A stretch of DNA of 64,000 nt from Promethearchaeota archaeon (GCA_048940645.1 JBHLOI010000004.1:27966-91965); one strand, 5' to 3'; counted from the first letter of the stretch, positions 1-8,525 are shown. Notes: generated by a model not told the origin, from the letters alone. Numbers and translations are program-made.

Positions 1-208
1 TCTCTTTTAACGCGTTTATTATAGTTATTCTTTCTTTATTTCCCAAAGCATTTAAAAAAGCTAAAATTGAATTTAATTTCTCATCAAATCTTAAATTTTT
101 TCCTAATTGTTGTAAATTTTTAAAATATTTGTCGCTATCAAAACATTCGTCACAACTACAAAGCATTTCTTTGATTTCAGATTCCCGATCAATTTTTATA
201 AAAATCAC
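1..208 (-). CDS. ArsR/SmtB-family winged-helix regulator, N-terminal part only (gene runs off the window start)
   Basis: The minus-strand frame from GTG 208 (or ATG 166) reads ..MLCSCDECFDSDKYFKNLQQLGKNLRFDEKLNSILAFLNALGNKERITIINALKE. The LxALGNxxRlxIlxxL stretch is typical of ArsR-family HTH proteins. It is divergent from the ars-type genes downstream. It is absent from the supplied ORF track because it is truncated. Confidence 0.5.
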   Translation of the reverse strand, partial: MIFIKIDRESEIKEMLCSCDECFDSDKYFKNLQQLGKNLRFDEKLNSILAFLNALGNKERITIINALKE

Positions 209-357
209 CTATTATAGGTAATAACCTTCTTCATTATATTAGAAGCTATTAAATTATAAAAATTTTATTCAAATCGAGTCATCTAGATTCACATCGAAAT
301 CTTTTTATTTGAAACATTCTATTAATATCTTAAGCTCTAACCATATAGAATTCATTA

Positions 358-1110
358 ATGAATAAAATGGAAAACAATAAAAAACTAAAGATTGGAATAA
401 TTTCAGACGGTAAGTACGGAGATAGAGCATATGAAAATATAAAAAAGAAATTTGAAACCCGCTGGATACTCCTCCCAGAGATACCACAAAACGTTATATT
501 AGATAATGAGTATAATTTTGAAATTCCTGAATGTGACCTTTATATTTCATATATTAGACACCCAGATATAATGCTGCAGTTAGCAGAACTTCAAAAACCA
601 TTGATTTTAGGGATACTTCCGGGAATTGGGTTATATTTACAAGCCAGAAAAATAAATCCTAAAGTTATATCTGCTCCTACTATGTGTTCATTGGAAAATA
701 ATACTGGGATTCCTGAAATTGACCTATTTACTAGTTTTTTTGGCCGACCTATTTATCAGGTTAATATAAATGAAGATAGGGTTATTAATAGGGTTGAAGT
801 ACGCCGTTCTTCACTATGTGGGTCTTCTGAAGCTGGAGCGAAATACCTACTGAATAAAACTTTCAATAAAGAAAATCTTCAAAATTTTGCTTTAAGTGTT
901 TGTTATGAATGTCGTGCTCCTCGTTTTGGGCATACATGTGATAAAGAAGTAGCGGGAATTATTCATTTGGTTTCAATTTTTGAGAGTATACCTAATGAAA
1001 TTTCAAATAAATTTGATAAAAATTCGCAATCCTTTATTGAAGATATTGGAAAGGAATATAAAAGAAGAAATAAAAATTCAGAGTTATTACTAAAAGAGGT
1101 AATATATTAA
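358..1110 (+). CDS. DUF166-family protein (archaeal conserved, function unknown)
   Basis: The N-terminus KIGIISDGKYGDRAYENIKKKF and the Cys/His cluster CYECRAPRFGHTCDKE resemble DUF166/COG1810 proteins as I remember them. The stop lies 3 nt before the ACR3 start. Confidence 0.5.
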   Translation: MNKMENNKKLKIGIISDGKYGDRAYENIKKKFETRWILLPEIPQNVILDNEYNFEIPECDLYISYIRHPDIMLQLAELQKPLILGILPGIGLYLQARKINPKVISAPTMCSLENNTGIPEIDLFTSFFGRPIYQVNINEDRVINRVEVRRSSLCGSSEAGAKYLLNKTFNKENLQNFALSVCYECRAPRFGHTCDKEVAGIIHLVSIFESIPNEISNKFDKNSQSFIEDIGKEYKRRNKNSELLLKEVIY

Positions 1111-1113
1111 ATT

Positions 1114-2193
1114 ATGCAAGAAGGAGAATTAAATGAAGCTGGAAAGGAAGCTTTAGACACTATCGAAGTTAAGGAGGAAAAGGGTAAAGAAATTAGTTTT
1201 TTTGAAAAATTCCTTCCTCTTTGGGTGGCTTTATGCATCTTTATAGGAATTTTGTTATCACAGATTTTTCCGGGGATAAGTATAGCGATTGAAGCTTTTA
1301 AAATTGGTGAGATTTCTATACCAATTGGAATTTGTTTATTCTTAATGATGTATCCGGCAATGTTAAATCTACAAACTTCTGAATTAAAAAAATTGGGTAG
1401 AGATCCTAAGCCAATTATCTTAACAATAATATCTAATTGGCTCATTGCTCCTTTTGTGGGTTTAGCAATGGTTAGGTTATTTTTACAAGGAAATCCGCAG
1501 TTATCAGTTGCTATAATTTTACTTTCAAGTTCACCTTGTACTGCTATGGTTCTCGTCTGGGGCTGGATGGCAAAAGGCAATCAAGAACAGAATGTAATAA
1601 ATACCAGCTTAAATACAATTACAATCATATTTGGTTATGCTCCTATGGTAACATTATTAACAGGTATTCAAGCCATACCAGTTGATTGGATTCTTCTGTT
1701 AATATCAACATTTGTTTTTATCGGGCTTCCTCTAGTATTTGGAATAGTAAGTAAAAGATTATTAATTTCTTCTAAAGGAGAAAAATGGTTTAATAACACT
1801 TATCGACCAATCGTAGGAAAAGTTTCCATAGTAGCCTTATTAACAACATTAATAGTACTTTTTTCATTGAATGGAAATGTTATGATCAATCATCCGGATT
1901 TATTGCTACTTGTTTCAATTCCACTCCTATTAGGATTTCTAATCGTAGTTGGTTATAACATTTTAATTACTAAACTTTTCAAGTTGAAGTACAAAGAAGC
2001 TGTAATTACTGTCATTATTGGATCTTCTAGCCATTTTGAAATCGCGATTGCTACTGCTATCGCTATGTATGGAATTGGTTCATTTGCTGCTTTGGGTACA
2101 ACAATGGGTTTATTTTGGGAGGTTCCAGTAATGTTATCGATAGTCTATCTTGGAAGATATCTAAAAAAACGTGGATTTTGGAAATCTGAATAA
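1114..2193 (+). CDS. acr3: ACR3-family arsenite efflux permease
   Basis: It is a polytopic membrane protein with ACR3 hallmark blocks: FFEKFLPLWV, MMYPAML, and SSSPCTAMVLVW with the conserved Cys-containing helix. It sits in an ars context. Confidence 0.9.
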   Translation: MQEGELNEAGKEALDTIEVKEEKGKEISFFEKFLPLWVALCIFIGILLSQIFPGISIAIEAFKIGEISIPIGICLFLMMYPAMLNLQTSELKKLGRDPKPIILTIISNWLIAPFVGLAMVRLFLQGNPQLSVAIILLSSSPCTAMVLVWGWMAKGNQEQNVINTSLNTITIIFGYAPMVTLLTGIQAIPVDWILLLISTFVFIGLPLVFGIVSKRLLISSKGEKWFNNTYRPIVGKVSIVALLTTLIVLFSLNGNVMINHPDLLLLVSIPLLLGFLIVVGYNILITKLFKLKYKEAVITVIIGSSSHFEIAIATAIAMYGIGSFAALGTTMGLFWEVPVMLSIVYLGRYLKKRGFWKSE

Positions 2194-2226
2194 TTTAAAA
2201 TTTAATTATTATTAGGTGAGAAATTA

Positions 2227-3891
2227 ATGGCCGTCGTGTATATGCGAAAATTGGAGCAAGAACCAGAGACGTATGACTCAGAGTTTACTACCCTAACAAA
2301 GGGAGTAAATATGGAAGTTCAAGATTGGATTCTTAATCGAATAAATTCTTCAGAGTCAATATTAGATGTTGGTTGTGGAACTGGTGCCCTTTCAGCTAAA
2401 CTTGCGTTGAAAGGAAACGATGTTGTTGCCATTGATAATAATTTTCAAATGATTAATTATGCTATGCAAAATTACCCTCAAAAAGAAAATTTACATTTAT
2501 TATTTCAAATAGGATCGTTCTCTAACCTCCAAGCCGAGCACCATTCGAAAGACATAATAGTGAGTACATTCATGTTATCAGAATTACGACCATTTGAGCA
2601 ACAAATTTTCCTTCGAAATGCATGGAAAGCATTAAAACCAGAGGGGCGATTAATTATAGCTGCAGAGTTTATCCCTTCTGGATTTTGGAAACTAATTTTT
2701 AAAATTAAGAGATGGCGGTATAAAAAAAAGCTTAGAAGACTTCGATTAAGAAGTACTTTTCTATTGAAATGGTTTTTTAATTATCTAGAACCGATAGGAT
2801 TTAAAATCATTGCTCAAAAAAAATGGAAACATGGTGCTATTCAGGTAATGGAACTAAAAAAAATAAATTTCACCCAAACTGAGGAGCCTGGTTATTATCG
2901 TCCTATACCAAAAAAATTTAAGGGAGTGCGTTCCCAATTAAGGATTTACCGATGCATTTTTACTGGACAAGTTGATCATGTTCCTATTGAACCAGGAATT
3001 TACCAAGCTGGTAAGCCTGATAAAAATTCTCCGATTACTGTTACAGCTAATTATGAGTATACTTACATTAAAGTGATGCGAGATTTAAAAGGTATTGATG
3101 CATGGGTATTATGTGTGGATTCTAATGGGATTAATGTATGGTGTGCCGCTCGTGGTAGCAACTTTGGCAATGCACAACTACTTGAAGCAATAGAAGCAAC
3201 CGGCATTCAAAATTATACAAATAAAAAAACCTTAATACTCCCTCAACTCTCTGCTGGGGGAGTAGCTATTCCAGATTTACCAATAAATTCAGAACAGTTC
3301 CCATTTAAAGTAAAATACGGTCCAATTTGGTCGAAACATATACCAACCTACTTAAAGAATCAACCTTCTAAAAAACCAGAAAAAATGAGGCTTGCCAAAT
3401 TTACAATACCTCATCGCATTCGCGCTGGAATAACGCATACAACATTCTTATTCCGTAAAATATTCATCTTACCTATAATAGCTTTATTAATGCTATTTTT
3501 AGGCCTATACATCTTTACAGTTTTTGATAAATTATGGTGGATTGGTGAACTGTGTATCTGGATTTTATTCGCAAATGTGATCATATTTTTCTTATTTCCA
3601 CTTTCTAAATTTACTCAAAAATTTGTAAATAAAGGATTTTTCTTTGGATTTATTAATATAGTTATTTTAGGGGGATTGACATGGTTAATTCATCGTTCTA
3701 TTTTTTATACATTGATTAATTTACCTTTTTTCTTTTGGATCACTTTCTTTTCAACGATGTCATTTAGTGGCTACACAATGGCAACAAGTCCAAGAAAAAT
3801 TGAAAATGAATATCCAATTTTTAAAAAATTAAATAAAATTTTATTAATAATAAGTTTGGTTTCTTTAGCAATTGGAATTATATTTTATTAA
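2227..3891 (+). CDS. Fusion protein: class I SAM-dependent methyltransferase + HgcA-like corrinoid-binding domain + C-terminal multi-TM domain
   Basis: Residues 1-215 carry Rossmann MTase motifs (ILDVGCGTG, VVAIDNN, LKPEGRLIIA). Residues 235-375 align by eye block-for-block with HgcA: PGIYQAGKPDKNSPITVTANYEYTY, GIDAWVLCVDSNGINVWCAARGSNFG, LILPQLSAGGVA. The cap-helix Cys is residue 306 (nt 3142..3144). Residues 400-554 contain several hydrophobic helices, as in HgcA. Confidence 0.8.
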   Translation: MAVVYMRKLEQEPETYDSEFTTLTKGVNMEVQDWILNRINSSESILDVGCGTGALSAKLALKGNDVVAIDNNFQMINYAMQNYPQKENLHLLFQIGSFSNLQAEHHSKDIIVSTFMLSELRPFEQQIFLRNAWKALKPEGRLIIAAEFIPSGFWKLIFKIKRWRYKKKLRRLRLRSTFLLKWFFNYLEPIGFKIIAQKKWKHGAIQVMELKKINFTQTEEPGYYRPIPKKFKGVRSQLRIYRCIFTGQVDHVPIEPGIYQAGKPDKNSPITVTANYEYTYIKVMRDLKGIDAWVLCVDSNGINVWCAARGSNFGNAQLLEAIEATGIQNYTNKKTLILPQLSAGGVAIPDLPINSEQFPFKVKYGPIWSKHIPTYLKNQPSKKPEKMRLAKFTIPHRIRAGITHTTFLFRKIFILPIIALLMLFLGLYIFTVFDKLWWIGELCIWILFANVIIFFLFPLSKFTQKFVNKGFFFGFINIVILGGLTWLIHRSIFYTLINLPFFFWITFFSTMSFSGYTMATSPRKIENEYPIFKKLNKILLIISLVSLAIGIIFY

Positions 3892-3938
3892 AATAATAAA
3901 AAAAATTAAAAAGTATAAAAAGATAGGAGGTTATAAAG

Positions 3939-4253
3939 ATGACAGAAATAGATTTTAAAACTTTTAATTTTACCGAAATCATAAAGAATATTCGAATATT
4001 TATTGATCGAGATGCTTGTACTGGATGTGGATTGTGTGGAGAGATATGTCCTTTTGGATTACCTCAACCTAGCACTAATGGAAAATTTGAAATAACAAAC
4101 CCAGATCTTTGCACAGAATGTAGCGCTTGTAAAAGAAATTGTCCAACTCAAGCCATTATCATGCAAGAACAAGCGGGATGTGGATGTTTGTGGAATGTTA
4201 GGAATAGAGTAAAAAGCTCAAATCAATCGAATCAATCGTGTAATTGTGGGTAA
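3939..4253 (+). CDS. HgcB-like 2x[4Fe-4S] ferredoxin with Cys-rich C-terminal tail
   Basis: It has two CX2CX2CX3CP motifs (CTGCGLCGEICP, CTECSACKRNCP), followed by GCGC and a terminal CNCG. The order and spacing resemble HgcB (C-x-ECGAC-x-x-NCP plus a C-terminal Cys pair). It lies immediately downstream of the HgcA-like gene and has a GGAGG RBS. Confidence 0.75.
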   Translation: MTEIDFKTFNFTEIIKNIRIFIDRDACTGCGLCGEICPFGLPQPSTNGKFEITNPDLCTECSACKRNCPTQAIIMQEQAGCGCLWNVRNRVKSSNQSNQSCNCG

Positions 4254-4271
4254 AATAGTTGGTTAATAATC

Positions 4272-4544
4272 ATGAAACAAAATAATAAATTAGAAGTTGA
4301 TATTTACGTTCCATTAGATGCATGTGCCTGTGAATGGGATAAGTTTATGAATCGGGTTTTTATAGTTTTAACACCTTATATAAAATACATTAATTATAAT
4401 ACGAAAAATCTTAATTCGGAGGAAGCAAGAAACCTAGATTTACATGGAAATACAATTGTTGTTGACAATAAGAAAAAGTATACTGCTTCCTATTCATTAA
4501 AAAAAGATTTACCCAATTTACTAAGAGAAAAAGGTTTGATTTAA
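4272..4544 (+). CDS. Small Cys-containing protein, possibly thioredoxin-fold/ArsD-like (hypothesis)
   Basis: The 90 aa protein has a beta-strand-like VDIYVPLDACACEWDKF at the N-terminus and ..NTIVVDNKKKYTASYSLKKDLPNLLREKGL at the C-terminus. This layout is reminiscent of ArsD and small thioredoxin-fold proteins. I see no strong motif match. Confidence 0.35.
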   Translation: MKQNNKLEVDIYVPLDACACEWDKFMNRVFIVLTPYIKYINYNTKNLNSEEARNLDLHGNTIVVDNKKKYTASYSLKKDLPNLLREKGLI

Positions 4545-4685
4545 GCAAATTTATTAAATTGGGGTGGTCAAAAAATTAAAAAAATAGAATTTGAAATTAG
4601 TATTCCAATAAAAGGACTCCAGCAAGGTAAAAAATATACACTTAATGTCGAAGATGATACTACCTTCATAGAAACATTAGCATTA

Positions 4686-4931
4686 GTGGATAAAATCGAG
4701 ATGATAGAGACCAAGACCAGTATTTTTCCAGTGTATGAAGGCTATATTCATAGTTATCTTCAGCTTTTTATAAATCTTGAAGAAGCTTCAATATACGATG
4801 ATGTTGGAGTGTATGCATATGCGCCTGATGACCATGGAATTATGCGAAAATTTAATCCTATTAGGGAAAATATTGAATTTAATCTATATCCTGATAGTTT
4901 GATTCAATTACAACCAGATGTAGGATGTTGA
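4686..4931 (+). CDS. Hypothetical small protein (true start probably upstream of the annotated GTG)
   Basis: The frame is open from 4545 and is the same frame as the preceding ORF. The upstream segment reads protein-like (KIKKIEFEISIPIKGLQQGKKYTLNVEDDTTFIETLALV). The protein ends ..LQPDVGC. Confidence 0.35.
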   Translation: MDKIEMIETKTSIFPVYEGYIHSYLQLFINLEEASIYDDVGVYAYAPDDHGIMRKFNPIRENIEFNLYPDSLIQLQPDVGC

Positions 4932-5185
4932 TGAGAAAAGGTGAAAGAAAGAGTGGATAATGAAACACTCAAAATAAAACTTAGGCAAAAATATGGCAAA
5001 AATAATAAATATTTTCTCCATTATTTTCAAATTTAATTTTTTGGATGAAATCTTTCAAGAAATAGTAGTGAAAGATTGACAAAGGGATTGCTTCCTATAT
5101 ATTATAAGAATAAAAATTAAAATTATTAATCATCATTAAAAAAAAAAGTAAATAATTCTTGAAAATATAAAAGCAACTATTATCA

Positions 5186-5617
5186 ATGGAGAAATCAAAA
5201 GTAATTTTTCTTTGCACTGAAAATTCGGTACGTAGTCAAATGGCAGAAGCATTTCTTAAAAAACAGGCAGGTGAGCATTTTGAAGTATATAGTGCTGGGT
5301 TCGATCCTCAACCTATACATCCTTTTACAATAAAAGTAATGGAAGAATTAGACTATGATTTAAAAGATCAATATTCTAAAGAATTAAAGGAATTCCTAGG
5401 AAAAGTACACTTCGAGATTGTTATAACTGTGTGTGAAAAAGCTGAAAAGACCTGTCCTATTATTCCTGGAGTAAGTACTAGGTTATTTTGGTCATTTGAA
5501 GACCCTGCTGCATTTGAAGGAACAAGACAGGAAAAACTGGATAAATTTCGACAAGTCAGAGACCAAATTTATGAACAAATTCAAGTTTGGTTAAAAAATA
5601 GAGCAATTTTAAAGTAA
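5186..5617 (+). CDS. arsC: Arsenate reductase, low-molecular-weight phosphotyrosine-phosphatase family
   Basis: The N-terminal P-loop VIFLCTENSVRSQMAEAF is a CX5R(S) motif. Downstream Cys residues (VCEKAEKTCP) are typical of thioredoxin-coupled ArsC. Confidence 0.85.
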   Translation: MEKSKVIFLCTENSVRSQMAEAFLKKQAGEHFEVYSAGFDPQPIHPFTIKVMEELDYDLKDQYSKELKEFLGKVHFEIVITVCEKAEKTCPIIPGVSTRLFWSFEDPAAFEGTRQEKLDKFRQVRDQIYEQIQVWLKNRAILK

Positions 5618-5728
5618 AACATCTTTTATCGATTCCAAGTAAACTTTTATTTATTTTAATTTATCTACTCCTTTATTTTAAAATCTATAACTTAAAAAAT
5701 AATTATTTATTTAAACTTTCTACCAGTC

Positions 5729-6676
5729 ATGGATATTTTCACTCACTTTATAATCGGAATACTCGCTAGTGTTTATGGCCTTAAATCTTTACCATTTAGC
5801 CTTGTAATTTATGCGTCTATAATGTCAGTAATTAGTGATTTCGATATATTTCTAGCACCATTACGTTTGATTAAAAAGTCAAATTTTTTATCCCATAAAG
5901 GATTATCCCATTCATATTTCACTGCTTTGATATTTTCGTTTTTTACAGCAATATTATTTGCTTTTATTACCAATGAGAATTTCTTGATTGCTTGGCTTAT
6001 TGGATTTCTTTTTTATAGTCTGCATGTTACACTGGATCTAATCACAGCATCAAAAATTCCGATATTCTACCCTTTTTCAAAGAAAAGATATAGATTTTTC
6101 ATAGATAGAGCTATTAATTTATTTTTAGCTGTAATCTCTGGACTTGTTGTTTTATCCTATTTTTTAATGTTTTTTTATTTACCAGAAGTATTCTTTTCAG
6201 ATTTATATCATTATATTTTTGGATTTTATCTCGTATATTTCTCCTATCGATTCATTTCCAAAATCTGGATTCAATTCAAATTACCAGAAAATTCTCTTTA
6301 TATCCCCGGTATTCTTCCTTTTGTCTACTTTATTTATGAAAATATCTCCTTGGAAAAATCTAATTTGTATAAATTTTCAAAAAAAATTCAATTTTTAAAC
6401 AAAAATTCTCTTATTTTACAATCAGAGATATCTATAAACTCCGATGATATGAAGTTCTATGAAAAAGCTATAAAAATCTCGAAAGATTATGTATTTTTTA
6501 ATAAGTGGGAAGCAGTTATTCCAATTATAGAAAAAGATTTTGATAAATATACTATACTTTTAATATTAACAGAAAGTTATTTTTCTGGCTCAACCTACTC
6601 ACTCAAAGTAGTGTTTAATAGAAAAGCAGATACGATTGATAATATATCTGACGGCTTTAACTTGTTTAAAGTATAA
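5729..6676 (+). CDS. Membrane-bound metal-dependent hydrolase (YdjM/DUF457-like) with extra C-terminal domain
   Basis: It has the MDIFTHFIIG start, His-containing TM helices (HKGLSHSY, SLHVTLDL) and multiple TM segments. The C-terminal ~110 aa are soluble with no recognisable match. Confidence 0.55.
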   Translation: MDIFTHFIIGILASVYGLKSLPFSLVIYASIMSVISDFDIFLAPLRLIKKSNFLSHKGLSHSYFTALIFSFFTAILFAFITNENFLIAWLIGFLFYSLHVTLDLITASKIPIFYPFSKKRYRFFIDRAINLFLAVISGLVVLSYFLMFFYLPEVFFSDLYHYIFGFYLVYFSYRFISKIWIQFKLPENSLYIPGILPFVYFIYENISLEKSNLYKFSKKIQFLNKNSLILQSEISINSDDMKFYEKAIKISKDYVFFNKWEAVIPIIEKDFDKYTILLILTESYFSGSTYSLKVVFNRKADTIDNISDGFNLFKV

Positions 6677-6861
6677 AACCTTTTACTGCAGTTAAAAATT
6701 ACGTAAGTAAATCTAAAGATAAATCAAGTTTAAATCTCTTTTTCAATGAAAGATTTTCTATTTATGATAAATATTTAAATATATGTTTATCTGAAACACT
6801 AATTGTCAAATCTAATTTGAACAAAAAATTAAACTCAAAAATATATAGAAGTGATTAAAAT

Positions 6862-8337
6862 ATGGAACGAACAACAAAAAGAATACTTGCAATAGTTCTT
6901 GTAATAGCAATCGCAGGTGCTGGAATAGGCATCGGTGTTTGGTATTTAACCCAAGAGGTTGGAGAAGCAGGATGGGAGACCCCAGGAGTTTCAGGTGTAC
7001 CAAGCGATAACTGGATTAGATGTGGATATCTTGGTGGCTTGAGAGGGATACAAGGTGATGGAGGTTGGAAAGGTGCTTGGTTAGCGGCATATGATATAAA
7101 TACTAAAGATGGTGGTATTCAGGTTGGCAATGAGACATATTACATAGCAGTTAAGGCACGAGATACTAATGAACATGATCCTCAAATACCTATCTCTACA
7201 GGGTTGGCTGCAGCTGAGCAAATGATATACGTGGATGAAGCAAGATACCTCTTTGGTGGATTTAGAACAGAGGTCACAAGAGCGATTGTAGAAGTAGCAA
7301 TGGATGAAGACTTAATTTATTATGGTTGCGGTGCTTCTACAGATGAATTTTGTGTTAATGTGTACAACAACTATCCAAGATATAAATCTTACTTCAGGCA
7401 AACTCCCATTTCAAGTACTTTCCTCGCATTAGAAATAATTAAAGGCTTTTGTCATGTAATAAATGTAATGGAAGCTAACTTGTCAAGAAGAGTAAACAAA
7501 ATTGCAATCTTTCGAGAACAGCTAGATTGGACTGTAGGTATGTCAGGTCTTTTAAATGGTCTCGCCGCTGCTGTTAATTACACTGTAGTATACGAAGTAG
7601 CTTATGACATTGCTAACCCTGATTTTGAGACATATTGGGATCTAGCTGAGGCGGCAGGTGCTCAAATAGTTGTACCCGTTGTTTCGGGAGATACAGGAAT
7701 AACCATGATGAAACAATATGGAATTACGAGACCTCACTGTCTTGTATTTGGTATTGATGTTGAAGGGCAGATGACCACCTATTGGTCGACTACGGGTGGA
7801 GCTTGTAATTACCAAATCTTTTTAACAACTCTTACTCCTAATTGCCCCGTAACACCTTATTCCACAACATTTTACAATGATTATCTCACGAGGTATGGTA
7901 TTGGACCTACGATCTACACAGCACCAGGTACTTACGACGCGGTTAACACTTTAGCATGGGCAATTAACCAGTCTCAATCATTGGATGAGCTAGACATTAT
8001 TGCTCAACTAGAAACGTTAAATAGAAGTGCTGGGGTTTACCTTTCAGGTCCTAGAGCTGTAGCTGCCAGAAGATTGTCCTATACTCAAGTTGGTGGTGGA
8101 TTCCCTCCAAGCAACCCTACAGCGCATGATGTTGAAGAGGGCTGGCCATGGGGTTGTACCAGATTTGGTCAGTGGCAAGGTGGGACTATAGTATGTATAC
8201 CCACTGGAAATGGGACCTTATATACCCGTGGATATCCAGCTGGTCCATATGGAGATTTTTCAAATTTAGCTCTTGGAGTATATCCAAATTCATTAGCGAC
8301 TGGAAATATTTTCCTGCCATATTGGGGTATAAATTAG
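6862..8337 (+). CDS. ABC transporter substrate-binding protein, branched-chain amino acid (LivJ/Peripla_BP_6) type, membrane-anchored
   Basis: It has an N-terminal TM anchor (ILAIVLVIAIAGAGIGIGVWY) followed by a type-I periplasmic-binding-fold pattern (AAYDINTKDGGI..., GGFRTEVTRAIVEVA). It lies upstream of livHMGF-like genes. Confidence 0.8.
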   Translation: MERTTKRILAIVLVIAIAGAGIGIGVWYLTQEVGEAGWETPGVSGVPSDNWIRCGYLGGLRGIQGDGGWKGAWLAAYDINTKDGGIQVGNETYYIAVKARDTNEHDPQIPISTGLAAAEQMIYVDEARYLFGGFRTEVTRAIVEVAMDEDLIYYGCGASTDEFCVNVYNNYPRYKSYFRQTPISSTFLALEIIKGFCHVINVMEANLSRRVNKIAIFREQLDWTVGMSGLLNGLAAAVNYTVVYEVAYDIANPDFETYWDLAEAAGAQIVVPVVSGDTGITMMKQYGITRPHCLVFGIDVEGQMTTYWSTTGGACNYQIFLTTLTPNCPVTPYSTTFYNDYLTRYGIGPTIYTAPGTYDAVNTLAWAINQSQSLDELDIIAQLETLNRSAGVYLSGPRAVAARRLSYTQVGGGFPPSNPTAHDVEEGWPWGCTRFGQWQGGTIVCIPTGNGTLYTRGYPAGPYGDFSNLALGVYPNSLATGNIFLPYWGIN

Positions 8338-8374
8338 GAACTGCGAATATTTGAATATTTTAAAATATTAAGTC

Positions 8375-8385
8375 TTTTTTTTTTT
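8375..8385 (+). terminator. Oligo-T tract (T11) after the substrate-binding protein gene
   Basis: An 11-T run lies 38 nt after the stop codon and is followed by a ~140 nt AT-rich gap before livH. Archaeal RNAP terminates at oligo-T. Confidence 0.45.
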
Positions 8386-8525
8386 AATATTTGTGTATAA
8401 GTTTTTAGGAAAAATAGAATTATAGAAAAATTAGTACAAATTATAGATTAATTTTAAATATAATGAGGTAGAAATAACATAATAAAAATCAGAACAAAAT
8501 AACTTTATTTAAAGATTATTGAATA

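Noticed and set aside
305-487. 60-aa minus-strand ORF overlapping the DUF166 start
   Set aside because: It overlaps the 5' end of a better-supported plus-strand gene, is hydrophobic and low-complexity, and has no RBS.
1107-1580. Track ORFs antisense to confident genes, including 1107..1580(-), 11682..11948(-), 13180..13545(-), 14363..14988(-), 21258..22016(+), 33991..34428(-), 40359..40775(-), 50085..50642(-), 56130..56396(-) and 56802..57119(-)
   Set aside because: They fully overlap genes with strong family motifs on the opposite strand. Their compositions are low-complexity and Ser/Leu/Ile/Phe-rich with no motifs. These are typical shadow ORFs.
2929-3351. Corrinoid domain interpreted as an acetyl-CoA synthase/CO dehydrogenase CFeSP subunit
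   Set aside because: There are no neighbouring cdh/acs genes. The domain is followed by a multi-TM region, carries the Cys-containing NVWCA cap-helix motif, and has an HgcB-type ferredoxin partner. All of these are HgcA traits, not CFeSP traits. Phylogeny is still needed.
5297-5307. GGGTTCGATCC, a tRNA T-arm-like sequence
   Set aside because: It lies inside the well-supported arsC reading frame, where it encodes SAGFDP. No acceptor, D or anticodon arms can be built from the flanks. It is a chance match.
8148-8354. 68-aa plus-strand ORF overlapping the end of the substrate-binding protein gene
   Set aside because: It is an alternative frame of a confidently coding region, is Trp/Ser-rich, and has no RBS.
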